Assembly: GCA_002269645.1 (NCBI GenBank)
Contig: NIVC01000112.1
Location: forward strand, 392,520-456,519
Source of the DNA: Macrostomum lignano
Lineage: Eukaryota
DNA length: 64,000 nucleotides
Direction: 5' to 3'
Of the stretch, positions 13,014 through 26,915 are shown in pieces; positions within the stretch are counted from its first letter, which is position 1, and every line of letters begins with the position of its first letter. The notes below the pieces were generated by a model. It searched no databases. It was given only the letters and a program-made list of their open reading frames with translations, and had not been told where the DNA came from. A program made the translations under genes and the position numbers.

Positions 13014-13579
13014 GTCTGGCATAAGCCTAGCATAATCCACCAACTGACACGCTGGTCGGACCCCCCTAATCAATCACAGATCACGGGCGTGCAACTGAAG
13101 CCGCCTCTTATGCAGATAACAACAACCGGCAGTGCCGCCACCCCAATTGTGTCACTGCACACGGCGGGACTGACCGAAAGCGGCCTGTCACGGGGGATCG
13201 TAAATAACCACCAGCGGCCCGTCACGTGAGGCCGTCATAACCGGTGTGTAGTGCTACCACACAATAGGGGCAAAAGCCTCTGCCCTCACCGCGCCCTCTC
13301 TGTCAATAAACTGACGGCGGCTTCTCCTTTGATGGCCGGTCCCTCCCCGCCTGCGCATGCTGCTGCCCATGTTCTGGACACTGCATTGGGGATTTGGGAA
13401 TAGCGGATCAGCGCATTGATTCCCTCTAAACTGCCTGCGAGCTGACTGCTAGAGATCAGCTCAACCATCTACCCAATGGAGTGGCATTATTTAACTGACG
13501 GACTGACTGGTTGACTGATTGATGCCTGCACGGGCAAGGGCTTGTTTTCCTGCGATGCTGGGAAACGATTTCAAGCTTC

Positions 13580-14450
13580 GGCTGGGTATTGGGTTGGGTA
13601 TTGGACTGGGTATTGGGCTGGGTATTGGGTTGGGTATTGGACTGGGTATTGAGCTGGGTATTGGGTTGGGTATTGGGCTGGGTATTGGGTTGGGTATTGG
13701 GTTGGGTATTGGGTTGGGTATTGGGCTGGGTATTGGGTTGGGTATTGGGTTGGGTATTGGGCTGGGTATTGGGCTGGGTATTGGGTTGGGTATTGGACTG
13801 GGTATTGGACTGCGTATTGGGTTGGGTATTGGACTGCGTATTGGGCTGGGTATTGGGTTGGGTATTGGACTGGGTATTGGGCTGGGTATTCGCCTTGGTA
13901 TTGGATTGGGTATTGGGTTGAATATTGGGCTGGGTATTGGGCTGGGTATTGGGTTGGGTATTGGGTTGGGTATTGGGTTGGGTATTGGTTTGGGTATTGG
14001 ACTGGGTATTGGGTTGGGTATTGGACTGGGTATTGGGCTGGGTATTGGACTGGGTATTGGATTGGGTATTGGGTTGGGTATTGGGCTGGGTATTGGGCTG
14101 GGTATTGGGCTGGGTATTGGGCTGGGTATTGGGCTAGGTTATTGGTTCGGGCATTGGGTTGGTATTGGGCTGGGTATTGGACTGGGTATTGGGCTGGGTA
14201 TTGGGCTGGTATTGGGCTGGTATTGGGCTGGTATTGGGCTGGGTATTGGACTGGGTATTGGGCTGGGTATCGGGATGGGTATAGGGGATTGGGATGGGTA
14301 TCGGGTATTGGGCTGGGTATCGGGATGGGTATAGGGGATTGGGATGGGTATCGGGTATTGGGCTGGGTATCGGGATGGGTATCGGGGATTGGGATGGGTA
14401 TCGGGTATTGGGCTGGGTATTGTGTTTTGGTATTGGACTGAGTATTGGGC
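13580..14450. repeat. G-rich (gggtattgggct/tt)n minisatellite
   Basis: 12-bp unit (two 6-mers) with variants, grading into gggtatcgggat units. Confidence 0.95.
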
Positions 14451-15056
14451 TGAGTGGACTTGATTTATCTATGGTTCTGTAAAGCAGCTAATTAAAGAAT
14501 GTTGGCGCGCAGTCAATGCTTGGTTGTTTAGGACTAAGATTGTGTACAGGTGCTTATCGAGTGCAACAGTACAATATAGACAGAAACTCGCAATTCCAAA
14601 GTTGCCAGGGGAGTTAGATGCGCATATTCACGTTTTTTTCTGCATCTTTTTAAACTCCGTAGAAAGCTTTGGAAACAGTTTCTGTTTACTGTAAGTTTAC
14701 TGCCAGACAGAGCAATAATATAAGCAGAATTATAGCAAGAAATAAAATATGTAGCGATGAGGCGCTGCATGGCTCGTCTTCTTTCGATGACATTTATGAA
14801 GTTCTGGGTTCAAAACTTTATCGAAATTCACTATGAAAGCTACACTGAATCATGGCAATGTTGATTGTCGAGGAGAGAAACCATCTCCTATCTCCTGGTA
14901 CTGCGTCATCAGAAATGTCAGACCTGACTGCAGATTTTGCTGTTGAAATGCACAAACATCTCTAGGCAAAGTAGATCGACAAAAGGCCCTTATAATTCAC
15001 AGTTTGCACGGCATTAAACTGAAATATCAGCCTGTCAATAAAGACACAATAAAGCA

Positions 15057-15745
15057 AAGTGATTATTTAGTCGCCTAAGTGATTATTTAGGCTCCAAAGT
15101 GATTATTTAGTCGCCAAAGCGATTATTTAGTCGCCAAAGTGATTATTTAGTCGCCAAAGTGATTATTTAGTCGCCAAAGCGGTTATTTAGTCGCCAAAGT
15201 GATTATTTAGTCGCCAAAGTGATTATTTAGTCGCCTAAGTGATTATTTAGTCGCCAAAGTGATTATTTAGTCGCCTAAGTGATTATTTAGGCTCCAAAGT
15301 GATTATTTAGTCGCCAAAGCGATTATTTAGTCGCCAAAGTGATTATTTAGGTGCCAAAATATAATTTAGTCGCCAAAGTGATTATTTAGTCGCCAAAGTG
15401 ATTATTGAGTCGCCAAAGTGATTATTTAGTCGCCTAAGTGATTATTTAGTCGCCAAAGTGATTATTTAGTCGCCTAAGTGATTATTTAGGCTCCAAAGTG
15501 ATTATTTAGTCGCCAAAGCGATTATTTAGTCGCCAAAGTGATTATTTAGGTGCCAAAATATAATTTAGTCGCCAAAGTGATTATTTAGTCGCCAAAGTGA
15601 GTATTTAGTCGCCAAAGTGATTATTTAGTCACCAAAGTGATTATTTAGTCGCCAAAGTGAGTATTTAGTCGCCAAAGTGAGTATTTAGTCGCCAAAGTGA
15701 TTATTTAGTCGCCAAAGTGATCATTTAGGTGCCAAAATATAATTT
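15057..15745. repeat. 20-bp minisatellite (aagtgattatttagtcgcca)n
   Basis: About 34 units. Confidence 0.95.
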
Positions 15746-15916
15746 AGTAGCATCAGGCTAGTCATAGCTCATAAAACACGACCTTCTGTTTCCGATCGCC
15801 TCCCTTGGTAATCGCAAACATAGCATCAATTTAGACTCTGACGAACGGCGTTAACTGGTAATGTAAACGCCTAGCCTGCACTGCAATTTGTGCTAAAGAA
15901 TTACTTACAACTTACA

Positions 15917-18900
15917 ACAACAACAACAACAGAGTACGCTGCCGGATCACAAAAGCAACGTCAGATGGCACGCTTCGAAGCCTGGGCGCGAACAAAGGCC
16001 GCACCGCCGGCAGAGTCCGGGGCGCCGGCGTCAGCCAGCAGACAGTCGACGTAGCGCCGTGTCCTCGCTTGTCCCCGCCGGTAGGGTGCCTGCAACGTAA
16101 GTAGCAGCACCTCCTGCACCGGCTCCGGACAGTAGGCCTCGGCGCGGATGACGTGGCCTGCCAGCTGGAGTCGCCGACGGCGCAGCAGATCGCTAGGACG
16201 GGCCAGGCCGGCGCGATTATAGAGCGCCGTGTTGGTGACTCGCTCGTTGCCGATCTTGAAGGCGGCGCGCAGCAGGCCAGCGTGCGCCGCGTCGACTTGA
16301 GCCTCGAGCGAGTCTGTCAGCGTCCAGGTCTCGGCGTTGTATAACAGGACGGTCTCGATCACCGCCTGGAACAGCGCCGCCCTCTGGCGGTCCGGTAGGG
16401 CCTCGGACTGCAGGACTGACCTTATAGAACGAAAGGCAGCCCAGGCAAGTCCTCGGCGACGCCGCAGATCCTCGCGAACGTCGGGAACCAGACCGCCGAG
16501 GTAGACGAACTGCTGACATCTTGGAAGCTCACTCGCCTGTCCGTCAGCGCCTCGGCAGAAGATTGCAGCCTCGGTGTCGTCCGGCACGCATAGCACGACG
16601 GTCTTCTGCGTGTTGACCACCAGGCCGACGCTCGCCGCAACGGCAACCAGCCTATCCAGCTGTCGTTGGGCGCCCTCGACGGTCGAGGACAGCAGGGCGA
16701 GGTCATCGGCGTAGCCAAGCACGCTGAGCCGTCTCTCCGGTTGGCGTCGACCCACACGTCGCCGCAGCAGGAAGCCGTCGTCGTTGGAAGGCAGAGCAGT
16801 CCGCAGCACCCAGTCAAGCACCAGAATAAATAGGAACGGCGCTAGCGTATCTCCCTGGAGCACCCCGGAGGATGTCTCGAAGAAATCCGATAGGCCGTCC
16901 GGTGTTGAGACAGCAGCCGTCGTGCCGTGGTACAGCGCCATGACAGCAGAAATCAGCAGCTCTGGCACGTTGTACGCACGGAGCACCTCTGGGAGCGCGT
17001 CCCTCACGACCGAGTCGAAGGCCTTCCTGAAATCGACGAAGATCAGGATTAGGGTCAACTGGCGGATGCGCGCCTCCTCGATGACTCGCCGAAGAGCCAG
17101 GATCTGCGTCACTGTGCCGCGATGGGGCCGGAATCCGTTCTGCTCAGGCCGCAGGTACGGGTCCAGCACAGGCTGTAGCCGCGATAGCAGCATGCGGTTG
17201 AACAGCTTCGCGGCGCAGGACTGTAGGCAGATGCCTCGATGCTCCTCGAGCTTGGTGGTGCCCGGCTTCTTTGGAATGGCGACGATGTGCGCCGTGGTCC
17301 ATTCGTTTGGCGCCACCTCACCGGAAAGCACGCGGTTCATCACTCTGGCGACCTCAGTGGCCACGCAGTGGATCCGCAGCGCCTCGGTGGGCACCTCGTC
17401 CGGACCAAGCGCTTTGCCGCCCGGCGACTGCCGAGCGAACTTCACAACGTCGGCTGTGCTGACTGGGGCAACGTTGAAGCTCTCCTCCGCCGGCAACGGC
17501 GTCTCCGGCGGCAGCCTCAGATTTTCTGGAAGCGGAGGGGGCGGCGCGTTGACAATGGCGGCGAAGAACTTGCGCAGCTCGTTCCTGCGCTCATCCGGAG
17601 TGTCGCCTGCCAGGTTGAGCGCAATGCGCCGCTTTCGCCCCGTCAGAGTGTTGATGACGGACCAGGCCACGCGCCCTCTGGCATCGGGCCCTGCGGCAGA
17701 GACGGCTTGGATGGCGTCATCGACAGCGGACTGCTGCCGCTGCAGGTAGACAGCCGCCAGAGCCTCCTCCGCCTCGCGAGTTTGCCGCCCACTCAGACGG
17801 AGCCTCTCCAGATCTTCCCTCGCTTCGTCGATCGCGGGGTCGTCCTGCCAGACCGGCTGCCCGCGCTGGGCCGGTCGCATCAGCGGGACTGCTTGCTCCG
17901 CAGCGGCTCGAACTGCAGCGCTCACCTCCGCGTACTCGGCTCCTCCACGCTTGTCGCCCAGCGCAGTGACAAAGGCACCGGCAAAGCGACGTCGCGTCTC
18001 GGCGTCCCTGAGCGCGCGGTAGTAGTGCCGCGGTGGCCGCTTTGGCGGACGGTAGAGCGGGTCCCGAAGCCGAAGGTCGCAGATGAGCAGCCGATGGTCG
18101 GACCGCAGAGCCAGCGGCGTAATGGTGCGGCAGTTGGTGACGCGGCGGCGCTCACGAAAGCGCACAAGCACGTGGTCGAGCTGTGCCAGCCTTCGCGTAG
18201 CGTTCCGGCCGCGCGCGTTCCTCCGCCTCCGCTTGCAGCCCACGAAGGTCGCGAGCCTGCCCGGTGACTTGCGGAATCTGGTGTTGGCCGACACCATGTC
18301 CTGTCTCTCCAGGAAGTCCTCTAGCGCTCCGGTGTTGCCATTCTCGCGCGCTGTCACGAACAGCGATCGCTCGGACCTACGCAGAACTGCGTTCAGGTCT
18401 CCGAGAATGACCACTGTGTCACGTTGCGCCATCTCCTCCACCCGCACCGAGAGTTGCTCGAAGAAGGCCTGAGCCTCATCGGAGCGGGTAGCAGGCGGCG
18501 CGTACGCGCAGAACAGGCGGGCGTTCCGGCCGCGAAGCCGGACGTCGACCCGAAGCAGCCGAGAAGACAGGGAGACGCAGCGACAGCTCTGCTGCAGCCT
18601 CGGTCCGATCAGCGCTCCAACTCCTCCACGGCCTCGCTCATCCGCTGAGGTGTACCAGAGTGTCCAACCGGCGCCCAGGTCCTCACAGTGAAGTCCGGGG
18701 TCGGCTCTGATAGACACCTCCTGTAGTGCGATGACATCACAGCTGAGGTCGAGTGCTAGCCTCGCCAGCAGCCCTCTCCGCCATGTGGCCTTGAGAGTGC
18801 GGCAGTTCAGCGTCCCGACCCGAAGCGTGCCCTCTGGTACGGCTGGGGCTCGGTGCTGGTGAGCCTCATGGTCCCCGGCGCCACCCGGAAGATCCAATTG

Positions 18901-19110
18901 GGCCAGCGCAGCAGCAGCTCGGCGGGCGGCACCACGTTGCCGACCTCGCCAGTTTCGCTCGCGACGGCGTTCGACTCGCCGACGCGCGCTCCGCTGCCCT
19001 CGCTTGGTCCTGCCGCATTTGGCCGCCGCAGCAGTTAAGCGCGGCTCTCCGCTCTCACCACGAGGAGGTAGCGGCATTTATCTGCACCGTGGTGCAAATA
19101 AATTAAGACA
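15917..19110 (-). mobile_element. Full-length RTE-clade non-LTR retrotransposon with 10-bp TSD (ACAACTTACA) and (GTT)n tail
   Basis: Direct repeat at 15907-15916 and 19111-19120. (CAA)n at 15917-15930 is the 3' tail on the minus strand. Single APE-RT ORF. Confidence 0.85.
15961..19077 (-). CDS. APE endonuclease + reverse transcriptase polyprotein (RTE-like), 1038 aa, intact
   Basis: APE motifs VGTLNCRTL, IALQE, GDLNA, QLDHVLV, SDHRLL. RT motifs EQNGFR, FVDFRKAFDSV, GVLQGDTLAPFLF, YADD, YLG. C-terminal LLYNAETWTLT and RRRLQLAGHVIR. Confidence 0.95.
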   Translation of the reverse strand: MPLPPRGESGEPRLTAAAAKCGRTKRGQRSARRRVERRRERNWRGRQRGAARRAAAALAQLDLPGGAGDHEAHQHRAPAVPEGTLRVGTLNCRTLKATWRRGLLARLALDLSCDVIALQEVSIRADPGLHCEDLGAGWTLWYTSADERGRGGVGALIGPRLQQSCRCVSLSSRLLRVDVRLRGRNARLFCAYAPPATRSDEAQAFFEQLSVRVEEMAQRDTVVILGDLNAVLRRSERSLFVTARENGNTGALEDFLERQDMVSANTRFRKSPGRLATFVGCKRRRRNARGRNATRRLAQLDHVLVRFRERRRVTNCRTITPLALRSDHRLLICDLRLRDPLYRPPKRPPRHYYRALRDAETRRRFAGAFVTALGDKRGGAEYAEVSAAVRAAAEQAVPLMRPAQRGQPVWQDDPAIDEAREDLERLRLSGRQTREAEEALAAVYLQRQQSAVDDAIQAVSAAGPDARGRVAWSVINTLTGRKRRIALNLAGDTPDERRNELRKFFAAIVNAPPPPLPENLRLPPETPLPAEESFNVAPVSTADVVKFARQSPGGKALGPDEVPTEALRIHCVATEVARVMNRVLSGEVAPNEWTTAHIVAIPKKPGTTKLEEHRGICLQSCAAKLFNRMLLSRLQPVLDPYLRPEQNGFRPHRGTVTQILALRRVIEEARIRQLTLILIFVDFRKAFDSVVRDALPEVLRAYNVPELLISAVMALYHGTTAAVSTPDGLSDFFETSSGVLQGDTLAPFLFILVLDWVLRTALPSNDDGFLLRRRVGRRQPERRLSVLGYADDLALLSSTVEGAQRQLDRLVAVAASVGLVVNTQKTVVLCVPDDTEAAIFCRGADGQASELPRCQQFVYLGGLVPDVREDLRRRRGLAWAAFRSIRSVLQSEALPDRQRAALFQAVIETVLLYNAETWTLTDSLEAQVDAAHAGLLRAAFKIGNERVTNTALYNRAGLARPSDLLRRRRLQLAGHVIRAEAYCPEPVQEVLLLTLQAPYRRGQARTRRYVDCLLADAGAPDSAGGAAFVRAQASKRAI

Positions 19111-19576
19111 ACAACTTACAGCAAGTATTTATAAATGCAGACAGTTGATAAATTTCAAGCCAAGGTTTTCGCGCGAAGCTGCCTGAGTGAGTCACCCTCT
19201 AGTCAGCAACTTCAGCACCCCAATTTAACGGCCTAAACCTACCGAATTCCTGGAAATTCCTTCTCTGCCTACCTCAGACTGCAGTGGGGCAGTCACTCTT
19301 ATCTTAGCTGCCAATCTATAATGCGCAATAAAAAACTTCTGTTTGATCCAAGTGCCATTTCACTTTCCATTTTTGAATTCGGTCCGCGTCTTTTGATGCC
19401 ACCCGCGGAGAGTCGAGGTGTAGCGCGGGCTAAACATTGGATGGAAGTTCTCTCTGATCTGCCATGATTGCTCGTATGTAAACAAATACTTTGTCGTAAT
19501 AGAAATATTTGCAGTGCGAAGTTTCATAGGACAGGACTTCCCAAAATTTGGGAAGCAGCTCTCAGATGCACTCAGG

Positions 19577-20390
19577 ATCCCCACACGCTCTACTCAGAAT
19601 CTCCCACACACTCGACTCAAAATCTCCCACACACTCTACTCAGAATCCCCACACACTCTACTCAGAATCCCCACACACTCTACTCAGAATCCCCACACAC
19701 TCTACTCAGAATCCCCACACACTCTACTCAGAATCCCCACACACTCTACTCAGAATCCCCACACACTCTACTCAGAATCCCCACACACTCTACTCAGAAT
19801 CCCCACACACTCTACTCAGAATCCCCACACACTCTACTCAGAATCCCCACACACTCTACTCAGAATCCCCACACACTCTACTCAGAATCTCCCACACAAT
19901 CTACTCAGAATCTCCCACACACTCTACTCAGAATCCCCACACACTCTACTCAGAATCTCTCACACACTCTACTCAGAATCTCCCACACACTCTACTCAGA
20001 ATCCCCACACACTCTCTCCACAAATCTCACGAGAATCTCCCCAAAATCTTGTGAGCATCTCTCCTCACAAATCTCAAGAGAATCTCCCCACAAATCTCAT
20101 GAGAATCTCTTCACAAATCTCATGAGAATTTCCTCCAAATCTCATTAGAATCTCACCATTAGTCTCATGAGAATCTCCATATAAATCTCATGAGAATCTC
20201 CCAACAAATCTCATTAGAATTTCACTATTAGTCTCATGAGAATCTCCATACAAATCTCACGAGAATCTCTCAACAAATCTCACGAGAATCTCTCAACAAA
20301 TCTCACGAGAATCTCTCAACAAATCTCACGAGAATCTCTCAACAAATCTCACGAGAATCTCCCAACAAATCTCACGAGAATCTCTCAACA
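19577..20390. repeat. 21-bp minisatellite (cccacacactctactcagaat)n grading into (ctcacgagaatctctcaacaaat)-type units
   Basis: Tandem units read directly. Confidence 0.92.
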
Positions 20391-21202
20391 ACTGCATCCG
20401 TTCTCCTATAGCTAGACAGTTCTCACGCAGGGCATTCTTCTGAGTTCATCTTGCTTTTGCATAAACAGCTGTTTCATGCGCGCTAATGCTAATACTGTGC
20501 GAGTAAGTCCTATAAACATTTATAGCTTGCAATCTATCATAAAAACTAAAAATAATGGCACCCGGAGAGAGAAGTGACTTCTCAAGTTCTCAAAATTGAA
20601 CATAGCTGCGCTAAGAGCATGGGGCTTTACGGTTTTACGATCTTAATAGAGCGGCATTTGCGGAGGCGTGCAGACAGCACACGGGGGGAGGTAGAGGCGG
20701 CATCATAAATCATAAATCACTCACCCACCCCAACCTCCAAATTGATAACCTCCCTTCCAGAAGTAATATATCAGGCAGTATATGCGGTGAACTGGTCATA
20801 AAGCCAACCCCGGGTACCCGCGGAGAGACAGACGGGGCATGAAGAAACACGCGGGAACAAGTGGCTGTCAGTGAGGAAGGAGTAAGGGTAATGGGGAGCA
20901 GAGCCATGGAGTCCCAGAACCAGAACTTGGAGCAGCAACTCATTCTTATTTATCAACATGAAGTTTGGCTAACACCTCTTGTCTGAAAATGTAGCTGGAT
21001 CGGATGCTCCTCCAGATTCCGGTTCTCGGCCTCCTTGGCTGGGGTTGGCGATTGATCTCTACCGCCCATGCAGTGGACCGGGGACACCCAATAAGGACCC
21101 GGCCCTGTGTGTCTTTAAAACCGCCATGCCGACCAACTAACTGCCTCCTATCTCACAATTTAGCGCTTTGGAACTCAGTCTTTAGTTTAAAATTTTTCAC
21201 AG

Positions 21203-21318
21203 CTCAAGCGCTGTAACCAGCTTGCAGTTTTAACTCAAAGATTGGATATTTGTGAGCAGAAACTACTTCATTTTCTGACCTCCGGATTCATTTGATAAAA
21301 GCAACTCGACAGAGAGAG
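21203..21318 (+). other. Candidate non-coding (5' UTR) exon, possibly of teashirt
   Basis: Acceptor aatttttcacag at 21201-21202 and consensus donor GAG|GTGAGT at 21319. A matching strong acceptor lies upstream of tsh at 27236-27237. Confidence 0.35.
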
Positions 21319-21344
21319 GTGAGTGAGAGTCCGTCAGTCAGTCC

Positions 21345-22690
<1,346 letters not shown>

Positions 22691-23209
22691 CTGTTTCGAT
22701 TCAGCACCCAGTCCCAATGACCAAAGATAAATTATTTTTGCGTGCGGTACATTCACAACCTGCCTGCCGGTCAAAGTGCTTTTGAGCCAGTCGCAAAATT
22801 GTCAAGCGCATCGTAAATTATAGCATGGCTTCGGCTCTCAACCAATGTGATAAGATTTCTATACAGACAGGAATTTTGTGAATCTCTGCAGCCTGACAGA
22901 ACATACTTGAAATTACGAGAGTAGACACTGCAGAGAACTTCGCCTGTTTACCCTCTATGCGCACGCACACACTTCTCTGCACAGCTGTAATCAATTTCAA
23001 ACAGCGCGGCACGCCTTTGATAGATAAGGACAGTGAGCCATAGCGCCGCAAACAGTAGTGGCTGGAGGCATTTTGAGCAATCATGTCATAAAACTGCGGA
23101 GCCCGCTCGCAAGTGCAAGCCTAGGGTGTTTGCAGTTAAAGATATGCTAAAATATACTTCAGTTCAATATGAAACTGATACGAAGAAAATAATTTAATAG
23201 TTTAAAAAT

Positions 23210-24325
23210 CTACCCCAGTCTCTGCCACTCTACTCCCTAATAATCTACCTCTGCCTACCAATATACTACCCCAGTCTCCCCAGTCTACCCCAGTCTCTTC
23301 CAATCTACCAGTCTCTCCCACAATCTACCCCAGTCTACCCCAATCTACCCCAGTCTCCCACAATCTACCCAGTCTCTCCCAATCTACCTCAGTCTCTTCT
23401 AATCTACCCCAGTCTACCCCAGTCTCTTCCAATCTACCAGTCTCTCCCACAATCTACCCCAGTCTACCCCAATCTACCCCAGTCTCCCACAATCTACCCA
23501 GTCTCTCCCAATCTACCTCAGTCTCTTCTAATCTACCCCAGTCTCTCCCAATATACCCCAGTCTCCCATAATATACCTCAATCTCTCCCAATCTACCCAG
23601 TCTCTCCCAATATACCCCAGTCTCTCCCAATCTACCCCAGTCTCTCCCAATCTACCCCAGTCTCTCCCAATCTACCCAGTCTCTCCCAATATACCCCAGT
23701 CTCTCCCAGTCTACCCAGTCTCTCCCAATATACCCCAGTCTCTCCCAGTCTACCCAGTCTCTCCCAATCTACCCAGTCTCCCACAATCTACCCCAGTCTC
23801 TCCCAATCTACCCCAGTCTCTCCCAATCTACCCAGTCTCTCCCAATCTACTCAGTCTCCGACAATATACCCCAGTCTCTCCCAATCTACCCAATCTCTTC
23901 CAATCTACCCCAGTCTCTCCCAATATACCCCAGTCTCTCCCAATCTACTCAGTCTCTCCCAATCTACCTCAGTCTCTTCTAATCTACCCCAGTCTCTCCC
24001 AATATACCCCAGTCTCCCATAATATACCTCAATCTCTCCCAATCTACCCAGTCTCTCCCAATATACCCCAGTCTCTCCCAATCTACCCAGTCTCTCCCAA
24101 TCTACCCCAGTCTCTCCCAATCTACCCAGTCTCTCCCAATATACCCCAGTCTCTCCCAGTCTACCCAGTCTCTCCCAATCTACCCAGTCTCTCCCAATAT
24201 ACCCCAGTCTCTCCCAGTCTACCCAGTCTCTCCCAATCTACCCAGTCTCCCACAATCTACCCCAGTCTCTCCCAATCTACCCAATCTCTTCCAATCTACC
24301 CCAGTCTTCCACAATCTACCCCTAA
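23210..24325. repeat. 20-21-bp C-rich minisatellite (ccccagtctctcccaatcta)n
   Basis: Tandem units read directly. Confidence 0.95.
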
Positions 24326-24765
24326 TTTACACCTAAATCAAATGTAAGCATGAAGCCGGACACACAAACTCTCTATCTGGGTTCTACAATCGCAGTCACA
24401 GGCAAAAGCAGAGTCAACATTCATAAGCAAACAAAGCCATGCAGAAGTCAGTCGCATCGCATTGTTATACGCGTGGGAACCCCGGGGGATGCTTGGCGGA
24501 TGAAGAGATTCGAGTTGCTGGCGAATAGCTGCCATGCCGTGCAGACAGTTCGTGCTGACAGACTTTTCTCACGATCTGACTGCATGTGTGGAGTGATTGG
24601 ATCCTGCAGCTTCACTTCTGGTGCACCAGCCTTTGCCCGAGTGTCACAGAAACACAATGCTTGACCTAATTCTTCTCTCAGTGCAAACATTTTATGGACA
24701 AAATCTGTTTCATGAATAACTGCTTTTTCATGCATCATCATGCATCATTCATCCTGGATTTCTTT

Positions 24766-26915
24766 GCCACAACTCCCGATTTCTATGCCACAACTCTCGA
24801 TTTCTATGCCACAACTCCCGATTTCTATGCCACAACTCCCGATTTCTATGCCACAACTCTCGATTTCTATGCCACAACTCCCGATTTCTATGCCACAACT
24901 CCCGATTTCTATGCCACAACTCTCGATTTCTATGCCACAACTCCCGATTTCTATGCCACAACTCTCGATTTCTATGCCACAAGCACCCGATTTCTATGCC
25001 ACAAGCACCCGATTTCTATGCCACAACTCCCGATTTCTATGCCACAACTCCCGATTTCTACGCCACAAGCACCCGATTTCTATGCCACAAATCCCGATTT
25101 CTATGCCACAACTCCCGATTTCTATGCCACAACTCCCAATTTCTATGCCACAACTCCCGATTTCTATGCCACAACTCCCGATTTCTATGCCACAACTCCC
25201 GATTTCTATGCCACAACTCTCGATTTCTATGCCACAACTCTCGATTTCTATGCCACAACTCCCGATTTCTATGCCACAACTCCCGATTTCTATGCCACAA
25301 CTCCCGATTTCTATGCCACAACTCCCGATTTCTATGCCACAACTCTCGATTTCTATGCCACAACTCCCGATTTCTATGCCACAACTCTCGATTTCTATGC
25401 CACAACTCCCGATTTCTATGCCACAACTCCCGATTTCTATGCCACAACTCCCGATTTCTATGCCACAACTCTCGATTTCTATGCCACAACTCTCGATTTC
25501 TATGCCACAACTCCCGATTTCTATGCCACAACTCCCGATTACTATGCCACAACTCCCGATTTCTATGCCACAACTCCCGATTTCTGTCACAACTCCCGAT
25601 TTCTATGCCACAACTCCCGATTTCTATGTCACAACTCCCGATTTCTGTCACAACTCCCGAGTTCTGTGCCACAACTCCCGATTTCTATGCCACAACTCCC
25701 GATTTCTATGCCACAAGCACCCGATTTCTATGCCACAACTCCCGATTTCTATGTCACAACTCCCGATTTCTGTCACAACTCCCGAGTTCTGTGCCACAAC
25801 TCCCGATTTCTATGCCACAACTCCCGATTTCTATGCCACAAGCACCCGATTTCTATGCCACAACTCCCGATTTCTATGTCACAACTCCCGATTTCTATGC
25901 CACAAGCACCCGATTTCTATGCCACAAGCACCCGATTTCTATGCCACAACTCCCGATTTCTTTGCCACAACTCCCGATTTCTATGCCACAACTCCCGATT
26001 TCTATGCCACAACTCCCGATTTCTATGCCACAACTCCCGATTTCTATGCCACAACTCCCGATTTCTATGCCACAACTCCCGATTTCTGTCACAACTCCCG
26101 ATTTCTATGCCACAACTCCCGATTTCTATGTCACAACTCCCGATTTCTGTCACAACTCCCGAGTTCTGTGCCACAACTCCCGATTTCTATGCCACAACTC
26201 CCGATTTCTATGCCACAAGCACCCGATTTCTATGCCACAACTCCCGATTTCTATGCCACAAGCACCCGATTTCTATGCCACAAGCACCCGATTTCTATGC
26301 CACAACTCCCGATTTCTATGCCACAAGCACCCGATTTCTATGCCACAACTCCCGATTTCTATGCCACAACTCCCGATTTCTATGCCACAACTCCCGATTT
26401 CTATGCCACAACTCCCGATTTCTATGCCACAACTCCCGATTTCTATGCCACAAGCACCCGATTTCTATGCCACAACTCCCGATTTCTATGCCACAAGCAC
26501 CCGATTTCTATGCCACAAGCACCCGATTTCTATGCCACAACTCCCGATTTCTATGCCACAAGCACCCGATTTCTATGCCACAACTCCCGATTTCTATGCC
26601 ACAACTCCCGATTTCTATGCCACAACTCCCGATTTCTATGTCACAACTCCCGATTTCTATGCCACAACTCCCGATTTCTATGCCACAACTCCCGATTTCT
26701 ATGCCACAAGCACCCGATTTCTATGCCACAACTCCCGATTTCTGTCACAACTCCCGATTTCTATGCCACAACTCCCGATTTCTATGCCACAACTCCCGAT
26801 TTCTATGCCACAACTCCCGATTTCTATGCCACAACTCCCGATTTCTATGCCACAACTCCCGATTTCTATGCCACAACTCCCGATTTCTATGCCAAAACAC
26901 CGATTTCTATGCCAC
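24766..26915. repeat. 21-bp satellite (gccacaactcccgatttctat)n with 20-bp variants, ~2.1 kb
   Basis: About 100 units; the source of the 680-763 aa repeat ORFs. Confidence 0.97.

Noticed and set aside
13580-14450. Telomere or interstitial telomeric repeat
   Set aside because: The unit is GGGTATT/GGGCT, not TTAGGG, and the array is flanked by unique sequence.
15057-15745. CRISPR-like regular repeats (also other 20-30-bp arrays)
   Set aside because: Head-to-tail units without unique spacers, no cas genes, eukaryotic context.
16153-19038. Numerous antisense and alternative-frame ORFs over the LINE (similarly over tsh, SIN3 and Nav)
   Set aside because: Shadow ORFs of GC-rich coding sequence with no independent motifs.
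19360-19584. 74-aa minus-strand ORF (...TKYLFTYEQSWQIRENF...)
   Set aside because: Looks protein-like but has no recognisable family and only weak splice signals.
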